Source of the DNA: Chrysomallon squamiferum
Lineage: Eukaryota; Animalia; Mollusca
Direction: 5' to 3'
Length of the DNA: 64,000 bases
Assembly (NCBI GenBank): GCA_012295275.1
Contig: CM022670.1
Location: forward strand, 23,002,001 to 23,066,000
The notes under the pieces are model-generated. The model was not told the DNA's origin. It worked only from the letters and a program-made list of their open reading frames with translations, and made no database searches. The position numbers were made by a program, and so were the translations under genes. Of the stretch, positions 57,881 through 64,000 are shown piece after piece. Every line of letters begins with the position of its first letter. The first letter of the stretch is position 1.

Positions 57881-59669
57881 TATTATTATTATTATTTAGT
57901 AATTTGAATTTTTAATACACAGTATATGGTGTTCTTGGCATTCATCGTTATATTTCATCTGTTTCAACAGAAATCTTTAGACGATATATAATACTTCCTG
58001 CATGTCTTTCACGTTCGTGCTTCGACAAACAAACTGCATTGTTGTTTCACTACAAGGTTTCTCTGTGTCGTGCAAGACAGTATTAAAAGACAGGATATCG
58101 AATACCTTCTCTGTGGTAACACGAACAGCAAAGTTCAGATTGCTTCTGTGATCAGTCATTTCTCTTCTCCGTTTATAAACGAGAAGCTACGCATGGTTTT
58201 CATCAACCTAATTTAAAACAGTCATTTCTGAAACTCAGTACAGTGTTTTGAGACATATTGATGCATTTGTTTCAATTTTCGACAGTCAGTATATACATAT
58301 ATATATATATTTATGAATGAAAGAAATTATGACAGAATGATTTATTTATTATTTAAATTCAAAAACAAAACTGTAATAGTGTCGAAAGCTGATTTGTAAA
58401 AAAAATGGAAGAAAAAATAAACTGTTAAATATTGTTACCGAGAGGGAAAGCACTTTGAATAATGTGTTTCTGATAAACTTCCACCGTGATGTAAACAGTA
58501 TCTGAATGTATCTTTACATCGTGTAAACTCGTTTACAGTTAACCTTTTACTGAAAGTCAAACAAGTTATTCCATGCATTTATTTATAATGTCGCGGTGAC
58601 CTTCCTCGGATTGCAATCATGAAATCATCGGGAGCTGCAGACCATCGTGACCATTATCACCACCACCGTAATAACGTGCACGTCACCGCCGCGGTCGACA
58701 CCCTTGATGTATTCACCGTGACTGTCCTGATAAAACGTTATCTCGAAGGCAGACGCCCCACAGCTATGACAGCGAAGAAATTAAAATCATCACTATCTCG
58801 TTGCTGTTTAATGAACACGTTTTATTCGCGGCTTTACCGGCGTAATGGTTACTAGATGCCCCTGATTTGCACACAAGAGGTGGCTCGGTGTATCAATTAC
58901 CCAAATCGATTAATGCGAAAATTTGGCCCATACTCTCGTGGTTTGCCCATCAGCAACCCGACCACGTGCTGACGACGTAAATACATATGTGGGGAAGCAT
59001 TAAGCGAGAGGGAGGGAGAGAGAGAGAGAGGGATACGAGGAAGAACAAATTAAGATGAAAACGCCGATACTAAGGATGCGTAGTAATTGGTTTTGGTTAT
59101 CGCGAGAACGCAGCCACGAAGTCGCGGTGGGCCCTTCCAACTTGCCCCCATCCCCCCCCTCCGGGAGGGATGGTTTACCTGCTGCGGGTTCAGGGTTAAT
59201 GTCGTCGCTAGTTCAAGACGATAGTTTATTTTAAATGTCACAGATATACTAGATAAAGGCCAATTGAGATTTCACAGTCTTAAATGATGTCCCTGTTGAA
59301 CATATTCGTATGCCATCATCATATGATGATACCCGGCAAGACAGAATGTTGTTAATAAAACATATAAGATGCGTTAGAGTAATAAGTAGATTTTGACGTG
59401 ACGTAAAACGTAAGATATGACGTTATTAATATGACACCACACGATGAAACAAAATTTTGTGAATCATATCATTTGATACGGCTGTAATGGTATGAATTAA
59501 TATTTGCTTAACAATACCTCAAGATAATATTTATTTAATATCAAGATTATCAGGTGTCAAGCATAATTTCATAAATGATTATATGAGAATAAGTCTGCTG
59601 CGAGACTTCGTGATCCTTTTTGTTTCATTAGCATCAAGTGATGTTTATCTGTACCTACCCGTAGACGTG

Positions 59670-59731
59670 CTGAGCATCTTTATCTGAAATGCTTGTATCT
59701 TGAACTCTGGAGTATTTCGGATTTTGGAATA
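59670..59731. mobile_element. Tigger/MER2-like terminal fragment
   Basis: tgagcatctttatctgaaatgcttg...tatttcggattttgga is approximately the reverse complement of 5352-5403. Confidence 0.5.
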
Positions 59732-61108
59732 TGAGGAGAAAACCTGAAATGATAATATAAATGAAAGAATTGATGGATGCAGAAAGAAAAAAAAGAATAA
59801 ATGTGTGGGCGTGAATTAAAGACTAAAATAATGTGTATTTGATAACTCTAATCAAGTCTTTTTTCTTCTGTTTTGTATAAATAAATCTTACCATGCTTGT
59901 TTATTTCTTGTTTTGAAAAAGAAGGCTCAAAGACAAATAATTGTCACTTAACACGATTAGTTCTTGTTTTTTTCTAATTTGTAATTCTTTCCCCTCAGAA
60001 TCTCAGAATATTTATTTTCTCGATATTTTCACATTTGGAGGAAAAACATACAAAACGAGATAAAAAACAAACAAATTTATAATTTCATCACGGGATTTGA
60101 TATTTTATTATTTTTTGTTTTTAGCTGATTTTTTTTTTATTCATTTTCCTTATAGTTATTTCTCATTCCTTAGATTAATGAATTATTTTTTTTGGCTGAT
60201 CATTTCACTTTTTTTTTTTGTTGTTCTTCCTCAGCAATGTTTTCTACAGAAGATTAATTTTTGTTTTTGTACTTTTGCTGAATATTTTAACAAATTCATT
60301 AATGTCTTGCTTTGTTATTTGTATATATTATTAAACTGATTTAAAACGAAACAGCTACATCGAAAACACCACACTTTACAATACTATTCCTATGTTAAAT
60401 TTATTTTAGGAAAGTGTCATGTTTAAAAAAAAAAAAAAAAAAAAAAAAATCCTTGAAAAAAAAAGAAAAAGAAAAAGAAAAAAAAAGAGAGTTAGTGTAT
60501 TTCTTGAATCTGATCTTAATAATGGTGACTGATGAAGCGCCAATGTTTGGAGTTCTGATCCGTCTGAGCTTTCAATGGAACCTTTATTCGAACGCGACTA
60601 CGTACCTACATGTTTGGGCTTTGACCAACTCACGCAGCAGATATTTCCACGGCAAGTATATTACCGACAGGAAATTAGAAAATACATTGACATCGATGTG
60701 TCACTGACATTATTCAGAGGCAGTGAGCCTGAAGGTTTTTTTTTTCATCGCTCGAACAGTTGTGATGGGTAACTTGGAAAAATCAAGGAGTATGAAAACG
60801 AACAGCGAAATGGACCGTCAGCAGTCGATCACCCAGTAGTAATGACGTTGATTAGACGTGACAGGGCCAAATGAACTCTAATCGAGAAATATGCTTGTCG
60901 ATTAAGAAAAAAAAAAAAAAAAAAAAGCTGTGTACACATGGCTGGTAATGCTAGTTCAATCATGTTCCTTAAGCCTTTTGGTCAATCTGTCATGACGTGA
61001 AAGCAGAGCTGCTTTTACAAATGATGTAGAGCGTCATATGTATGCTGTGTTCTTCAGGAAGAAATCGTATTAAATTGATGTATTTACATTTTATATATAT
61101 GGTTTATG

Positions 61109-61256
<148 letters not shown>

Positions 61257-62929
61257 AGAGAGTGTATATGGGGATTAAGATGTGGGGAAGAGAGAATGCT
61301 TGTTTGCACTTTGATGCTTAGAGCCACGTGAACATGTAAAAGAACAAGAATTACTCCCACTATTACGTAACTACCTACTTGTTCATCTATCAACCTATTT
61401 ACTTCTATCAGTTTTTTTTGTATTATTTCACTGAGAATGAAACATTTTAAAATGTCCTTCACCAATCTGTTCTCATGGCTGTCCGCGACATCTCACTGAT
61501 AATGTTGTCAGTTAAAATGTTCAGTCGTGCGGATGACGTTTGAAGGATTGCGATCTGTTTATAAATATGATCAATTTTTATCGTCGAGTTTCTGACGCTC
61601 TCTGTTTCAGAACATATTTAAATACTGATTTGCTAATAACATTTGTAACAACATAACTTGTTTTTCAAAATGTCCAAATCAGAAATTAAAATAATTATTT
61701 TATGCATTCATATATATATATATATATATATATGGTATAAATCGGATTTTGTACATAATAATGAATAAATGAATAATTATTTGTTTAACGTTCTTTTAGT
61801 TTGCATACATATACACATACATACATACATATATATACATAGACACATACCTATATTCAAGATACATACTTAGATATACGCATGCATACATACACACATA
61901 CAAAAACCGATACAGAGGTATGATGTTTTGGGATATGTATAAAGACATATATCATATATATATACATAACACATATATACATTCACATATACACGCACCA
62001 CACACACACCCACAACACATACACACATACACCCACAGGTATTCAGGCATGCGTGCCCTCACCTACGCAAACACATACAATCCATAAAAGTACCAGTATT
62101 TCGAGAAAATCATCATGGCTCCATTGGTTTGTTACAAATTCTATAATCCTACAAGTACGGTTGAGGATTTGCTATTCACATTTTTCAATGACGTTAATGA
62201 GGATACGTATTTTATTTTGAGGCCACTCACAGTGAAAGCGATACAGGAAACGGGGCTGGAATTACTTTCACAATAACTTTTTATTAATATTCTCAGATAT
62301 TTAATGTTTCCGGCGCAAATGCAATTAACTGAAATAATTTTTAAATAATCCTTTTCGTTATTAAATCTTTTTATTATAGAGACGTTTTGTTTCTTTCTGG
62401 TTATTTAGACAAACGTTTCGGTAATCAGATTTTTTTTTAAAAATGAAAATAAAAAAATGGAAGGTGAGATGCAGCACATTCACAATATGAAAAATGACAA
62501 AATAAAAAATTTAACTACAGTTGGAGTAAAAGTTTAAATATTTTGGCCTGACAAAATCAAAAATCGATGCACATCGTTATGTAATTTTCTCTATTAAGCT
62601 GCCTGCAGCTATGACTGGTTTGATTTCAAATATTCTTTACTCGCAGTAAATTATTGCAAAATACTCGGCTCAAATTCCAGAGCAAAGTTCCCTTCTGCTT
62701 GTCGACAAAATCATTCGTTCTTATTGATTTCGTTTTTTTTTTTTTTTTCATTTTCTTTTTTTCATTTTTACTTTTACGTTTTCTTTGGGTCACAATGACC
62801 ACTGATTGGATTCACACTGGTGAACTTTAAAATAACAGACGGCTGGACTATCGTCTTTGATTAACGACATCAACGGCACCACGTGTCACAATCTTAACGA
62901 ACTTCAGACGATAACTTAACAGCAGCATC

Positions 62930-62961
<32 letters not shown>

Positions 62962-63356
62962 TTACCACAGATTTAATTTAAATCGTGCGACAAATGAAAT
63001 ATCACTCACAAATGTAACTTTCTTACTTGTTGCACACAAGTGTGGTCTGCGTTTATAATTAACGTAAAAGTTTATTACGAGAAGATCGGTGGGATGGGTG
63101 TTTTTTTGTGTTTTTTTCCATTATGAATTAAATCATCGACGTGTTTTTAACCAAATCACCTGAAAGTTCAGCAAGTGACACGTTCGCATTTCTGGTTATG
63201 ACTGATAATGACTGACACGCTGGTGGACGAGTTGGTTATGGGTATAAAACGAAAGATATCATAAGATCGATGTTCACTGTTATGCATATCACTGGTCCGT
63301 CTAAAACGTTATAAATTAATTTTCCTCCACTGCTTATTGTTTAGTTTTCATAACAT

Positions 63357-63607
63357 CGCGGACACAAGTCGTAATGAATCGCGGACACAAGTCGTAATGA
63401 AACGCGGACACAAGTCGTAATGAATCGCGGACACAAGTCGTAATGAATCGCGGACACAAGTCGTAATGAAACGCGTCGTAATGAATCGCGGACACAAGTC
63501 GTAATGAAACGCGGACACAAGTCGTAATGAATCGCGGACACAAGTCGTAATGAATCGCGGACACAAGTCGTAATGAATCGCGGACACAAGTCGTAATGAA
63601 ACGCGGA
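63357..63607. repeat. 23-bp CpG-rich minisatellite, 10 full units + 1 deleted unit
   Basis: Unit CGCGGACACAAGTCGTAATGAA(T/A), near-perfect, head-to-tail with no spacers. Confidence 0.95.
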
Positions 63608-64000
63608 TTTGTTCGGATGATGGTTTTCATCGCCCGAAGCCTTTTCTTCCAGACTTGACGTACAAATAATCGAAGTTTTGCGAGTTCTCTTAAGACTGAT
63701 GCATCATTAGAAATTTGTTGTCGTATTACTCGATGCTAATTTGCTCCAATACCTCATTTATCACACAAACAGCAAAAGACAATGATGAATCGCATTTTTC
63801 AGGAAATAAAGTAACCTGAATAAAATAATATATTATTTAATAATGATGACGATGAAGGTGATGATGATGATGACGACGATGATTATGATGATGATGATAA
63901 TAATAATAAGGAAAATAAAAGTATTAATGAAGTTTTCGTTTCGCTGTAATGCTATCAAATATAATTATTCTGTTTTAACACTTTTATTTCTCTCTCTCTC

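Noticed and set aside
63334-63630. Repeat array as CRISPR, or its three overlapping ORFs as genes
   Set aside because: Head-to-tail units without unique spacers, no cas genes, eukaryotic context; the ORFs are repeat artefacts

Overview
AT-rich, microsatellite-rich, intron-containing animal genomic DNA. It is probably an invertebrate such as a mollusc (inference from gene content and repeat style). Most ORF-track entries are simple-repeat artefacts. Three spliced protein-coding genes can be built by hand. (1) A secreted F-type lectin + C-type lectin chimera (+, 4465-7626, about 340 aa) with non-canonical sugar-binding motifs and a splice-phase conflict before the last exon. (2) A 14-coding-exon tubulin-tyrosine-ligase-like ATP-grasp gene of TTLL15 type (+, 11127-18099, 514 aa) with an N-terminal membrane anchor and Cys-rich tail, lying in a CpG-depleted block. 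(3) An unrecognised two-exon 124-aa gene starting MGCKPS (-, 22448-23562), with a myristoylation/palmitoylation-type N-terminus. The remaining ~40 kb has no confident coding gene. It holds DNA-transposon relics (a TA-TSD MITE, a hAT MITE with an internal 42-bp minisatellite, a decayed Tigger/pogo transposase, a ~1-kb palindromic foldback element), a decayed RTE LINE, SINE-like fragments, minisatellites, CpG-rich blocks and candidate non-coding exons. No rRNA, intact tRNA or CRISPR array was found.
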